DNA from: Takakia lepidozioides
Taxonomy: Eukaryota; Plantae; Bryophyta
Direction of reading: 5' to 3'
DNA length: 64,000 nucleotides
Assembly (NCBI GenBank): GCA_030704615.1
Contig: CM060731.1
Location: 2,108,001 to 2,172,000, forward strand
A program made the position numbers and the translations under genes. Within the stretch, counting starts at the first letter, position 1. Every line of letters begins with the position of its first letter. Below, one piece after another: positions 51,801 to 64,000 of the stretch. The notes beneath the pieces were generated by a model, which had not been told where the DNA came from, searched no databases, and saw only the letters and a list, made by a program, of their open reading frames with translations.

Positions 51801-54676
51801 TTCGGCACGTAGAGACGCTTTTGCTTATACCGGAGCAACCCATTTTGCAAGTGGAACTGCGATTTAACCCCCATTCTCAAGTCTTGCATCACGGACTTTG
51901 CCAGCTCATCCTTCCGGCAAGCCTTCCGGATCTTCCTTTGGAGCGTCGTCTCGCCCTTGTACACCAACAAGAGCTGCTGCTTTCTACTTAAAGCATCGGC
52001 CACCACGTTGTCTCGTCCCGGTTTGTACTGGATATCCACGTCGAACACCGCCAAAGTATCTTGCCACCTAAGTTGTTTTGGGGACAACTTGTCGCGGCCC
52101 TTTGCCTTGAGGGCAGGGAGGTCGGGACACAAGAGGGGCTGCCCCTGTGGTGGGGGCAGTAGCAGCGATAGGTACGGGGGCTGAAGCACCCTTGAGTGCC
52201 CAAGGCACTCAAGGAGGCGGAGGCGCTCACTAGGTGGAGCCCCGCACACCGGGTTGCGGTGGGGGTGGCTCCACAAGCGGTGGTGGTAGCTTAGCGGGAC
52301 TTAGTGGGGGTGGCATAGGACTCACCATGGGGTGGAGACCTCGAGGTGGGAGTCGTGGGGAGTCTTGGGACTCATCACGGTCCATTGGGGCCGCGGTGAG
52401 TGGGCCAAGACTCACCGCGACTCACCACCGGGAATCGAGGGTCTTCGTGGTGGTTCGCCATAAAATGGCATGGCTGGTTGTGAAACCCCCGCGGACAGCT
52501 ACAGAAGTATATATAGGGAGTAGTAACCCCGAGAATGGTGCAAGCCCGTTGGTGACCAAAAACTAGTGAGTAAGCGAGCGAGCCGGAAAGCGACCAAAGA
52601 GTGGGGAGCTGTTCCGGACTGCCATCTACCAAAGGGAATTCTCCTAGTCCCAATAGGTGGAGGGCTTTAGAGGGAAGCGAAGGGGGACCATTATGTCCCG
52701 GTGAGCAGCCGAAGCTCCAAGTTGGCCCGGGCGGCCAGGTTGGGAGTCAGGCGCGCGCATCAAAGCGAGTAACTATGACTTGAAGGGGAGCTTACCGGAG
52801 TGAGGTGCGCGACACAACTTGGGCTGCGTGGCAAAATACTTCACTATGACATTGTCCGTGAACACCTTCACTGGGTTGGAACCAACATAGTGGCGCCAGA
52901 GCTCAAGACAGTGCACCACCGCCTTCATCTCTTTCTCGTGCGTCGGCCACGGTCGCTCCACTTCATTTAGTTTCTTACTTTCGTAAGCCACTGGACGTCC
53001 ATCTTGCATCAGTACACCCCCAATCGCGAAGTCCGACGCATCTGTATGTATCTCGAACGGACGATCGAACTCCGGGATTTTCAAGACTGGAGCTTCCGCC
53101 ATCCGCTGCTTCAATTCAGCAAAAGCTTGGCCACAAAAGGTATTCCATGCCCAGACTTTAGATTTACACAGAAGGTCCGACAGCGGCCCCGTGATCTTGG
53201 CGAAATTTCTCACATACTTCCGGTAATAGGAGGCGAGTCCTAGGAAGGAACGCACTCCCGGGACCGAAGTCGGAGGCTCCCAGTCCAAGATCGCCCTCAC
53301 ATTTCTGTCATCCATTTTGATCCCATCCTGTGTAATCACATGCCCCAAGAACTCCACTTTCGTGACCCCGAATTCGCACTTTGACGCTTTGGCATACAGC
53401 TTCCCTTCTTGCAATTTTTGGAACACCCTTTTGAGGTGCTCCAGGTGCTCCTCCTTTGTTTTCGAGTACACCAAGATGTCGTCGATGTACACGATCACAA
53501 AGTCATCCAACCACTCCTGAAAAAGGCTGTTCATCAGCTTGCTAAATGTCGCTGGTGCATTGGTGAGCCCAAAAGGCATCACCAAGAACTCATATGAACC
53601 ATACCTTGTCCTGCACGCGGACTTCTCCTCATCTCCTTCCGCCACCCGAATTTGATGATAGCCGGAGCGCAAGTCGATCCGGCTGAAATACTTTCGCTCC
53701 TGCCAACCGATCGAAGAGGTCGTCGATCCTTGGCAAAGGGTACCGGTTTTTTATAGTCACCTTATTCAGAGCCCTGTAATCGACACACATCCGCAACGTC
53801 CCATCCTTCTTGTCTGCGAATAGCACCGGGGCTCCGTAAGGTGACTTACTCGGCCGGATGTACCCCTTTGACATTAGATCCTTGAGCTGAGTCTTCAGCT
53901 CGACCAACTCCCTGTGGCTCAACCGGTAGGGTGCCTTGGTAGGCGGTTCCGTTCCCGGTATCACCTCAATCTTGTGGTCAACTCCTCTTCGCGGTGGCAA
54001 GCCGCTTGGTAAATCCTCCGGCATCACATCCTGGTATTTCTCCAAAATCCCCTTGATCCAATCTGGGCTCGGCTCCCCATCGCCTTCTCCCTTCACTTCT
54101 CTAATGTAAAGCAAGAACCAGCGGGAATTCCCTTTGGTAGTTGGCAGTCCGGAACAGCTCCCCACTCTTTGGTCGCTTTCCGGCTCGCTCGCTTACTCAC
54201 TAGTTTTTGGTCACCAACGGGCTTGCACCGTTCTCGGGGTTACTACTCCCTATATATACTTCTGTAGCTGTCCACAGGGGTTTCACAACCAGCCATGCCA
54301 TTTTATGGCGAACCACCACGAAGACCCTCGATTCCCGGTGGTGAGTCGCGGTGAGTCTTGGCCCACTCACCGCGGCCCCAATGGACCGTGATGAATCCCA
54401 AGACTCCCCATGACTCCCACCTCGAGGTCTCCACCCCATGGTGAGTCCTATGCCACCCCCACTAAGTCCCGCTAAGCTACCACCACCCCTTGTGGAGCCA
54501 CCCCCACCGCAACCCGGTGTGCGGGGCTCCACCTAGTGAGCGCCTCCGCCTCCTTGAGTGCCTTGGGCACTCAAAGGTGCTTCAGCCCCCGTACCTATTG
54601 CTGCTACTGCCCCCACCATAGGGGCAACCCCTCTTGTGTCCCGACCCCCCTGCCCTCAAGGCAAAGGGCCGCGACA
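48864..54676 (-). mobile_element. Chromovirus Ty3/gypsy element with TSD TTGAA: 3' LTR 48864-49588, truncated 5' LTR 54115-54676 fused to RT (gag/protease deleted)
   Basis: TGTCGCG...CGCGACA termini; TTGAA at 48859-48863 and 54677-54681; pol at 50492-54114 (RT, RH, INT, chromodomain) with frameshifts. Confidence 0.92.
52090..52814 (+). mobile_element. Solo LTR (725 bp) inserted in opposite orientation into the RNase H region, TSD CAACT
   Basis: CAACT at 52085-52089 and 52815-52819; the uninterrupted site is seen at 9035-9050. Confidence 0.95.
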
Positions 54677-57600
54677 TTGAACACACTGGCCAAGTTTCAA
54701 AGCGAACGAAAATCATTTGGATGGGCAACCATCCGTGGGCCCATTGAACGAATTTCGATTGATCTCATATTACTCTGGGGCCTCTTATATGGCACATTGA
54801 ACATAGTGGCCAAGTCTCAAAGCAAACGAAAATCATTTCGATGGCCAACCATCTGTTGAGCCATCGAATGAATTTCGATTGATCTCATATTAGTCCGGGA
54901 CCAGTGAGAGAGTGTCTCAAACGTACTGGCAAAGTTTGGAAGCAAACAAAAATGATTTGGATGGGCAACCATCCGTTCACCCGTTGAATGTATTCCGCTG
55001 GATCTCCTATTGCTTTGGGACCTGTTGGACTGGGTTTCGCGTGCTCACGATTTTTTTTTTTTGAATGGGGCGTGTAATGTAGCCATATGCAACGTGCGTG
55101 CCAAATTTGCGAGCGAACATAATTCATTTGGACCCAAAACCACAGTTTCTTCCCTGTTTTGCACTCCAAATTTGATTTGTGTTCAACTTTATGCACTCTT
55201 CATATAGAGTTCTGCAATACCGAGCGAAGAGAACACTTTTTTTTTTTGGGGCATTTTTTATTGGTCCAAATTTTGGCGGGGGAGTAGTGGCGGGATGCTT
55301 GAAGCCGCAGAACAAAATCGAGCCAAAAACAAAATCGATACGTGCCAGAAACCCCCAATGAAAGGCAGTGCAAACCTATTTATTGGCTTAAAAATGAATT
55401 TCAATTCAATTCAATTCAATTGTGGAATAGCTTGAGGGGTGAATGCGTCGATGGGGAGGCAAATGATTTATTCGTCTAATGTGTCTCCACACATATGTTC
55501 CAGCACATGGGGGCAAAAGGCTTCAACCACATCCGTTCAAATGGGTGCAATAGTTGTGCACGCATTGCAGGATTTCTTTTTTCGCATTGAACAAAAACCA
55601 GATGACAAATGAACGCCTCATTGGACAATCGAACGAATTTCGATTGATCTCGTATTACACCGGGACGCATCAGAGGGTACATTGAACACACTGGCCAAGT
55701 TTCAAAGCGAACGAAAATCATTTGGATGGGCAACCATCAGTTGGCCCATTGAACGAATTTCGATTGATCTCATATTACTATGAGGCCTCTTACATGGCAC
55801 ATTGAACATAGTGGCCAAGTCTCAAAGCGAACCAAAATCATTTCGGTGGCCAACCATCCGTTGAGCCATCAAATGAATTTCGATTGATCTCATATTAGTC
55901 CGAGACCTGTGAGAGGGTGTCTCGAACGTACTGGCAAAGTTTGGAAGCAAACAAAAATGATTTGGATGGGCAACCATCCGTTCACCCGTTGAATGTATTC
56001 CGCTGGATCTCCTATTGCTTTGGGACATGTTGGACTAGGTTTCGCGTGCTCACGATTTATTTTTTTTCATTCCGTTTTTAAATGGGGCGTGTAATGTAGC
56101 CATATGCAACGTGCGTGCCAAATTTGGGAGCGAACATAATTCATTTGGACCCAAAACCACAGTTTCTTCCCCGTTTTGCACTCCAAACTGGATTTGTGTT
56201 CAACTTCATGCACTCTTCATATAGAGTTCTGCAATACCGAACAAAGTGAACACTTTTTTTTCGGGGCATTTTTTATTGGTCCAAATTTTGGCGGGGGAGT
56301 AGTGGCGGGATGCTTGAAGCCGCAGAACCAAAAACAAAATCGATACGTGCCAGAAACCCCCAATGAAAGGCAGTGCAAACCTATTTATTGGCTTAAAATA
56401 AATTTCAATTAAATTCAATTGTGGAATAGCTTGAGGGGTGAACGCGTCGATGGGGAGGCAAATGATTTATTCGTCTAATGTGTCTCCACACATATGTTCA
56501 GCACATGGGGGCAAAAGAGGGGCTTCAACCACATCCGTTCAATGGGTGCAATAGTTGTGCACGCATTGCAGGTTTTCTTTTTTCGCATTGAACAAAAACC
56601 AGATGACAAATGAACGCCTCATTGGACAATTGAACGAATTTCGATTGATCTCGTATTACACCGGGACGCATCAAAGGGTACATTGCACACACTGGCCAAG
56701 TTTCAAAGCGAACGAAAATCATTTGGATGGGCAACCATCCGTTGGCCCATTGAACGAATTTCGATTGATCTCATATTACTCTGGGGCCTCTTACATGGCA
56801 CATTGAACATAGTGGCCAAGTCTCAAAGCGAACCAAAATCATTTCGGTGGCCAACCATCCGTTGAGCCATCGAATGACTTTCGATTGATCTCATATTAGT
56901 CCGGGACCTGTGAGAGGGTGTCTCAAACGTACTGGCAAAGTTTGGAAGCAAACAAAAATGATTTGGATGGGCAACCATCCGTTCACCCGTTGAATGTATT
57001 CCGCTAGATCTCCTAATGCTTTGGGACCTGTTGGACTGGATTTCGCGTGCTCACGATTTTTTTTTTTTTCATTCCGTTTTTGAATGGGGCGTGTAATGTA
57101 GCCATATGCAACGTGCGTGCCAAATTTGGGAGCGAACATAATTCATTTGGACCCAAAACCACAGTTTCTTCCCTGTTTTGCACTCCAAACTGGATTTGTG
57201 TTCAATTTCATGCACTCTTCATAGAGAATTCTGCAATACCGAGCGAAGAGAACCCTTTTTTTTCGGGGCATTTTTTATTGGTCCAAATTTTGGCGGGGGA
57301 GTAGTGGCGGGATGCTTGAAGCCGCAGAACCAAAAACAAAATCGATACGTGCCAGAAACCCCCAATGAAAGGCAGTGCAAACCTATTTATTGGCTTAAAA
57401 TTAATTTATTCAATTACATTATGGAATGGCTTGGTGTCGATGGGGAGGCAAATGATTTATTCGTCTGTTGTGTCTCCACACATGTGTCGCACACATGTTC
57501 AAGCACATGGCAAAAGAGGGGCTTCAACCACATCCGTTCAATGGGTGCAATAGCTGTGCACGCATTGCAGGATTTCTTTTTCGCAATGAACAAAAACCAA

Positions 57601-57750
57601 ATGACAACCGAACGCCTCATTGGCCCATCGAACAAATTTCGATTGATCTCATATTACTCTGGGGCCTCTTACATGGTATATTGAATATACTGGCCAAGTC
57701 TCAAAGCGAACCAAAATCATTTGGAGGCAAATGATTTATTCGTCTGCTCA
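54677..57750. repeat. ~1.0-kb higher-order tandem repeat (about 3 units), each with three ~120-bp subrepeats and a ~640-bp body
   Basis: Unit anchor attg(a/c)acacactggccaagtttcaaagcg at 54676, 55681 and 56682; related to 18124-19050. Confidence 0.92.
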
Positions 57751-58246
57751 TTTATTTGTGATTAATCGTTAATGGTGAAAATGATAAACCAAAGGTTCCT
57801 TGATCAAAAAAAATTTGAATGATTTGAAATTTTGCCAGTATGTTCTACATGCCTCTTACATGGACCAGACAAGTATGAGATCAATAAAAAATGGTTCACA
57901 GGAGGAACCAATGGTTACTTGATGTGCCGATTTTTGAATGCTTTCAAACTTTGTCATTGCATTGTACATGCCCTCTTAAAGGTACCGGACAAGTATGAGT
58001 TCGATTTAAAATATTGCAATGGGTGAACCAATGGTATCTTCATTCAGCAATTTTTGATTGTTTTGAAACTTTGCCAGTATATTGTACATGCCGTCAAACA
58101 GGTACCGAACAAGTATGAGGTCATTCAAAAATGGTTCAAAGGATGAACCTCGTATTTCCAAAAATTACGTAGACTATACAGTGGGTTGCACATTTAAGTT
58201 TTCGCAACCTGAGACCTTTGGCCTACTCCCTACGTTTCTAGCCTTT

Positions 58247-60189
58247 CTAGTCATCTTCATCTAGATTTATTACTTCGTTGTCGTCATCTCCAGATGTTGA
58301 TGAAGATGCTCCGGGTGTAGAGGACGTGCCTCCACCAGTACGGTGAGCTCGAGCCTGGGCTTGAGTGGTCAAAGAGGGACCCAGTGTTGTGTGGTCCACC
58401 CTTGCCATCATGCGTAGCGTTCTAGGCGAGTGCTGACTCTCTTCCACATTTGCCAGAGCCGGGTGTGTTGCTCTTGCTACGGCTTCATGCAATTTTTCAA
58501 TTAAATCCGATATGTTTGGAAGTGGCAAGAACACCCCTGGAATAGGGGCAACTTGGTCACGCCATGTGTTCTGCCAATACTTTACAACACTCGTGGTGAC
58601 AGCCTTGAAATTGTCCAACACCTCCTCCTATTGGGGGTCTCTGCGCAACTCTGGAAGAAATGGCCATTCATCCCGACGAGGCACCCAGTACGTCTCATTC
58701 ATATCCTCCCAACGGATGCTAGCGGCCTCCAACTCCCTCAGAAATAGGTCTCTCCCAATCGGTTCGCGATTGTATGGGTCGTTTTTTCCGCTGGCACCCA
58801 CGGATCCTCAGGCAGTCGGAAGAATCTTTGTCTGGTACAGCTCCAATGCCCTCCCAAGTTCCGGAAAAAAAACTCTCTTTGGACTGGGTCCCGTATGCCT
58901 CTAGTACGCACGGTTATTTCCCAGTTGGATGTCACCCAAAATGTCACCGGATCTTTAATCCTAATTAACGTCTTTGCATCCAAGGCGTGCATCTCTCTTG
59001 GAGCATCCCATGTCATTGTCTCCCCCCCAGTGCTGCTAATTTAAAAAAACGAAAGGCGATACATCCAATGGCATGTTGTACCGGTTGTACTCGCATCCCC
59101 TGGGCATATTGTCTTGCAACCCAAACAACTCGTAGAAACGTCGATGGATTGGTCCACGGCAGTCAAGGCATTGGCTGGCTCGCATGGCTGCCGATATGAG
59201 ACATGCGGGATACCATATGTTACCCATGACGCTGGATTGCTCCATGGTATTCACGTCCATTTATCCTCATGAATGTAGGATGACATCCTCGGCCTGCTGT
59301 CCCACTTCACTTCTACTTCCAAATCCCAGTTTATGCTCTTATTGGTATCGAAAATTGTATGCACACAGTGCTCAAACATGGCATCTACATCACCCCATGT
59401 GGTGAATCCAGTGTACTTCGACATGAATACATCACGCACAGTGTCGTGCCTTTGCAAATTAGCATAGATGCTATCTACGCTTCGATTCGACAAACGTGCT
59501 GCACGTTGGAGGGAGGACAACCCTTCTTCTATCCGTGTTTCCCGCGATGCTAGATGGCCCGCCCATGTCACCCAATTCCGCCAATTCCCCTTCAACCATG
59601 GCCACGATCGGATTTGCATGGCATTTGAGTACCGATATGCAACAGCCCTAGCTTGCTCGCATTCCCCCACAAGCTGCTCTAATTCCTGTTCTTGGGCCGA
59701 TGTAATTTGCACGGCTGAACATTCCCCAGTTTCCACTATGGGGTCATTCCCTTTTCTTGCCCTCTCCGCCGCAAGTCTTTCTTCCTCATCCCTCGCCGGG
59801 TCCAGTTCAGGCGTTTGCACTTCATTCCCATGCCCGATTGAGTCATCCCCGTCGATGACGCGGTCAATGTCCATTGGTGGCATATTCAAACACGCCAATA
59901 TGTCTTGCTTGTTGGTGATTGGCCTCGGGTCCGGAAGCACACCGCGTACGCTGTCAAGAGTCCCCAATCCCATTCTTTCCAGCAACTTCGCTATTTGCCA
60001 CCGTTGCAAATGAACAATGTCTTGCAGGTCCTTCATGTGCTATTCATGTGCGGCCAACTGTTCCTCCAACGGAGAGCGTACCTCGCCCCCCTCCATCTCA
60101 GACGTTGAAGGCCCGGCTGCGGAGACCTGTTGCGGCGTATAATCTGGAGGTTGGTTTGCCTGTGGTATGGTTCGTGTGTGGTGCCCCAT
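58247..60189 (-). pseudogene. Intronless ~650-codon orphan gene broken by stops and frameshifts
   Basis: Chained ORFs 60036-59251, 59260-59036, 59016-58738 and 58621-58247; in-frame ATG at 60189. Confidence 0.55.
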
Positions 60190-60314
60190 TCCTACGCCTC
60201 TTGGCGCATAAATGAAAGAGATTATTTTCTCTTCTCACTACTAAGGGGCCTGATTTGTGAGCTGTCGCTCCCAGGTGTTTCCCAAAAATAAAATAAAAAA
60301 TAAAAATAAAAATC

Positions 60315-60810
60315 TGCGACCACCAGCAGAGGTGTGGTCGCACCATTTTTTTTAGGGGCGACCACCAGCAAGGGGGTGGTCGCAGAATTTTCTATTTTTA
60401 AATAGCTGCGACCACCAGCAGGGGGGTGGTCGGACCATTTTTCTTTTTGTTAAATAGGTGCGAATAATATGTAGAGCAGTTTCATTCGGGCCCTGATTCT
60501 AGAGTGGTCCAGGAATTAGAGTGGGGCGCCTATGAAGGAAGGCCACGTGTATTAAGGAATGAGATGAGGGGGTCCAAAAAAAGAATGGAGGAATTGGCTA
60601 AATTTAGAATAGGGAGTCATGCAGGATTGACATGTGTTCAGGGCCTTCTAGAAGGCTCCCAGGGTCGGCAGGCTATCAGTAAATAGATGCGACTACCAGC
60701 AGGGGGTTGGTCGCAACATTTTTTTTTAATTTTAACAGTTGCGACGACCGCTACTGGTGGTCGCACAATTGTTTTTTATAAAATAGGTGCGACCACCAGG
60801 AGGTTGGTCC
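60315..60810. repeat. TGCGACCACCAGC palindrome array, split by a ~220-bp filler (60464-60680) with a LINE-like LAKFRIGSH motif
   Basis: Same unit as 44655-45055. Confidence 0.85.
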
Positions 60811-61117
60811 CCTTGCACCTGTATGTATGTTTGGAGAGGCAGATGAAAAGCACATGTATCGACTCCCCATAGATTTGTGAAGGGGAAGATGAATGTTGGG
60901 AGTTGCACCTGGCTTTTGTGGCTTTTGAAACCATAATAGGAAATCAACAATGTAAAGATAATGTCAAAACACAAACATACGCACAACCACCAAACCCTTT
61001 CTTGGGTACACATATTCCACCATTTTTATTTCCGTACACGTACGCATGTACCCAAACTGAAACATGGATATCCATGGAAACATACTACACATCGTGTGAC
61101 ATAAGTTATAGCTGTAC

Positions 61118-63990
61118 CTAGTTCCGTTTGGCACGACGACGATGGTATGATCTCACGCCTAGTACAAAATCTTTGTCCCTACTCACTTCACCCCCGTTCC
61201 CATGATCAGTGCTAGAATCATGATCTTCATCTGTTCTTTCGTTTCCAGAGGCAACTAGCCATTGGACCTGTAGTCGTCCTCGGAGTACGTTCAGTTGTTT
61301 CTCTGATCGATTTCCACTCCTATCATGAATACCATCTAGGGTATCAGGCCTGTTCACAGGTTGGTCACCAACAAAAGGTTGCACAATTCTCTGCCGTTTT
61401 TGGGCTTGTCCCGGATTTCGTGGTGGCCTTGGAGCAGGTCTCGTATGAGGAAGGCTACTTGCCCGTACATCAGAGGGGCCGACATGAGAGGAAGGGGCAT
61501 GAGATGGACCAGCGAGGGTCGAGGGAGCACAGTTCACATGCGAACGCCGTCGGGCCAGATGAAACGACAATGGCTGGTCGTCGTCATTCGATGGTTCGAC
61601 TTGCAGAAGTCCCGGAGCAGAAGAAGCATCTCCCAGGATCGGAGTAGCGATGGAAGGAATTACATGAGGGGGAGAGAGACTAGATGGACCAGCATGGGAT
61701 GGACCGGCTTGAGAAAGAGAAACATGAGATGGAGCGGCGTGAGATGAAGCACGGTTCACAGGGGCACGATGTCGGTGAAGGAATGACAACGGCCGGTTGT
61801 CATCATCCGACAATTCAACCTGCACATCTCCCGCAGTCCGTGGAACTCGTGGTAGGGGAGAGTTGACCTCAACTTCATTGTTGAGAGTGTGCTCCATTGG
61901 GGGAAGGGGGTCCGCAATTGGGATGACACCATGTCGCAGTTCATCAACAACAAGGTCATCGAAGGATGGATGCATTGCAGCATCATTGTCATTAAATTCA
62001 TATGGGTCATGTGGAGGATTGCCCACATCATCGGACCCATCCCAACCGTCGGAGTCGGAGTCCCTCGCGGCGTCGGTGTCATCATTGTTGCTAGATTGGA
62101 CCTCTGAGGCAGATTCTTCAGACAACAAATTCTTCTCGTACCATGCAGATGCGTCACTTGTTGTCCTCTCTCGCAGTAGCTTACAATTCGTGTAGACATA
62201 AACCAATTTGTCAGCCCTAGCAGGATTCAACCTGTTGCGAATCTTGTTGTGAACAAACGAGTAACTGCTCCAGTTCCGCTCACAGGACGAGGCAGAGCAC
62301 ACTTGAGCAAGAATACGCTTTGCAATGGGAGCTAACGTTCTTGCTCCAGCTCCAATCAGATCCCACCATTCATGTGGCAACATGTTCATTGCTTTTGGAT
62401 CCGACATGTCATGGGAAGGATTCTGGCGATCCGAGAAGCACTGGTACTCGGACAAAGCTCGCTCTGCCATGTTCAAGGGCGCAAGTTGCATGATAACCCG
62501 TACAAGCCCGGCTTTGGCATCCACATCGTCTCTCAAATCCGTATTGTCCAACAAGAATGGATTCAGCAAGGCCCCCGCATAATGCCAGTCCGTGCGAACC
62601 ATCCGTTTGCGGTCGTAAAATGCATCCTCGGTCCTTGCCGCCAAATCATCGTCCATAGAAAATGGAGGACGCCCTCAAGGATTGCACGTGCTTCTCAAGG
62701 TTTTCGAATATCAACCATGTTTTACCCATTATTGGTTGTTTTCCATCAAACTCCCGCAAAGCAATCAACACCGGCTCCACCATATACACAAAATTTGCAC
62801 ATTTCGCCCAGAAATCGTCGGAGCGAATGATTGCGCGGACCCTCCGACTTTTGCTCAAAAACTTGGACTTAGGAGAGTCGCGTAAGGTGCCCACATACGT
62901 ATCCCATTGAGGGTCAATGATCACCTGCTCCAGAGCCGCCCTCACAGTCACCAGTCGATCCACCATCAAAAAGTTTGTGGCAAAGCGGGTTTCACCCGGG
63001 TTCCTAAGGCTGTATTTGGGTTCATGCTTTCTAAACAATGCCAGAGGGATGTAATGTGTACGAATGAACAACCGACTTTGCCCTTTTTACTAGTTGTTTC
63101 ATCCATGATTCTTTTCCCCAATCCTCCAAAAAGAGATCAAAGATATGAGCAGCACACCCTTGGTAATATAGATGGGGATATCGTACCATCAAAATATCGG
63201 CCATATTAACCATGTTAGATGCATTGTCCGTGCACACTTGGACAATTTTATCAGCTCCAATTTTATCGATGAAACTCGTCAACAACCCTGCTTGACGTGC
63301 ATCTTTTCTCTCCCCGCTTGTGTCAACGGATCCCAAAAATTGTTCCCCCGCAGGACAGACCAGCATGACATTGAACAGTGGTCGATTAGTAACAGAACTC
63401 CAACCGTCCGTACATATAGTGCTTCCATATTTCCGGAGAGAATCACCTGTCTTTTCATTCACCTTTTGGGTGAGATCAGTCATAGCCTCTTCTAGCAATC
63501 TTGTGCGGAGATCGCGATAACTCGGAGGTGTGTATGTGGACTTGGAATCGGACATGGCTTTGACAGCAGCCACAAATGCAGGAAGCCTCGAGACATTGAA
63601 CGGAATATTGGCCTCGTAGAAAAATTGGGCCCACTTCTTATCCAAAGTCCTCATGTGCGACAAATTTAAGCCTTCTTGCATTGATTGTTGCCTCAATGGT
63701 CTGGTCCGTACAAGTGCTGGCGTACAATCGGGTGTTGCTCCTGACCCACCGGCTTCTCCACGAATAGCAGACACCTCGCAAGAATCCCCCGGGTACAACT
63801 CTGAGGGACATTTTGATTCGAACATGGAGTGTTTGGCTCAGAAGCCGCGGCCACATCAAGAGACGGTGGGATATTGCCTCCACATTGGGCAAAGTGGGCT
63901 TTCACTTGCATGGAGGCTTTTGGGCACAAACTAACCCCTGCATTCTTCCCATCTCTATAGCCGAGGTGATATAACATGCGATCTTTGCGA
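61118..63990 (-). pseudogene. hAT transposase (DUF659 and C-terminal dimerisation domain) with a long low-complexity tail; frameshifted
   Basis: CTDGWSS, CTDNASN, CAAHIFDL, GETRFATNF, EWWDLIG...SASSCERNWS...RNRL; paralog of 40630-42360. Confidence 0.92.
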
Positions 63991-64000
63991 CCCGCCAGCT

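Noticed and set aside
54885-57734. ORFs within the 1-kb satellite
   Set aside because: Frames are not conserved between units
60236-60250. CACTA terminal inverted repeat (CACTACTAAG)
   Set aside because: No matching TAGTAGTG partner with a 3-bp TSD was found by eye; could be chance

Overview
Eukaryotic, repeat-saturated window with no intact host gene, rRNA, true tRNA or CRISPR array. It is probably heterochromatin from a land plant, possibly a bryophyte, which is an inference from the TE families present. Retroelements: a non-chromovirus Ty3/gypsy element with a large extra ORF after pol (1-7212), three copies or fragments of a chromodomain Ty3/gypsy family plus a 725-bp LTR family (7.4-10.5 kb, 42.6-43.6 kb, 48.9-54.7 kb), a rearranged LINE (21.8-25.5 kb) and a tRNA-derived SINE. 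DNA transposons: a MULE-like relic (11-14.7 kb), a CACTA TnpD fragment (17.2-17.8 kb), two decayed DUF659-type hAT transposases and MITEs. Repeats: several GCGAC...GTCGC palindrome arrays and a ~120-bp/~1-kb hierarchical satellite. The most unusual signal is decayed chromatin and signalling cargo tied to the mobile elements. This includes a SET-domain gene in two copies (one abutting the CACTA transposase), a protein kinase behind a palindrome array, and a LINE combining RT, a chromodomain-like segment, a PCIF1-like N6-adenine methyltransferase-like segment, RNase H and a restriction-like endonuclease tail. All domain calls are by-eye motif recognition and need HMM confirmation.
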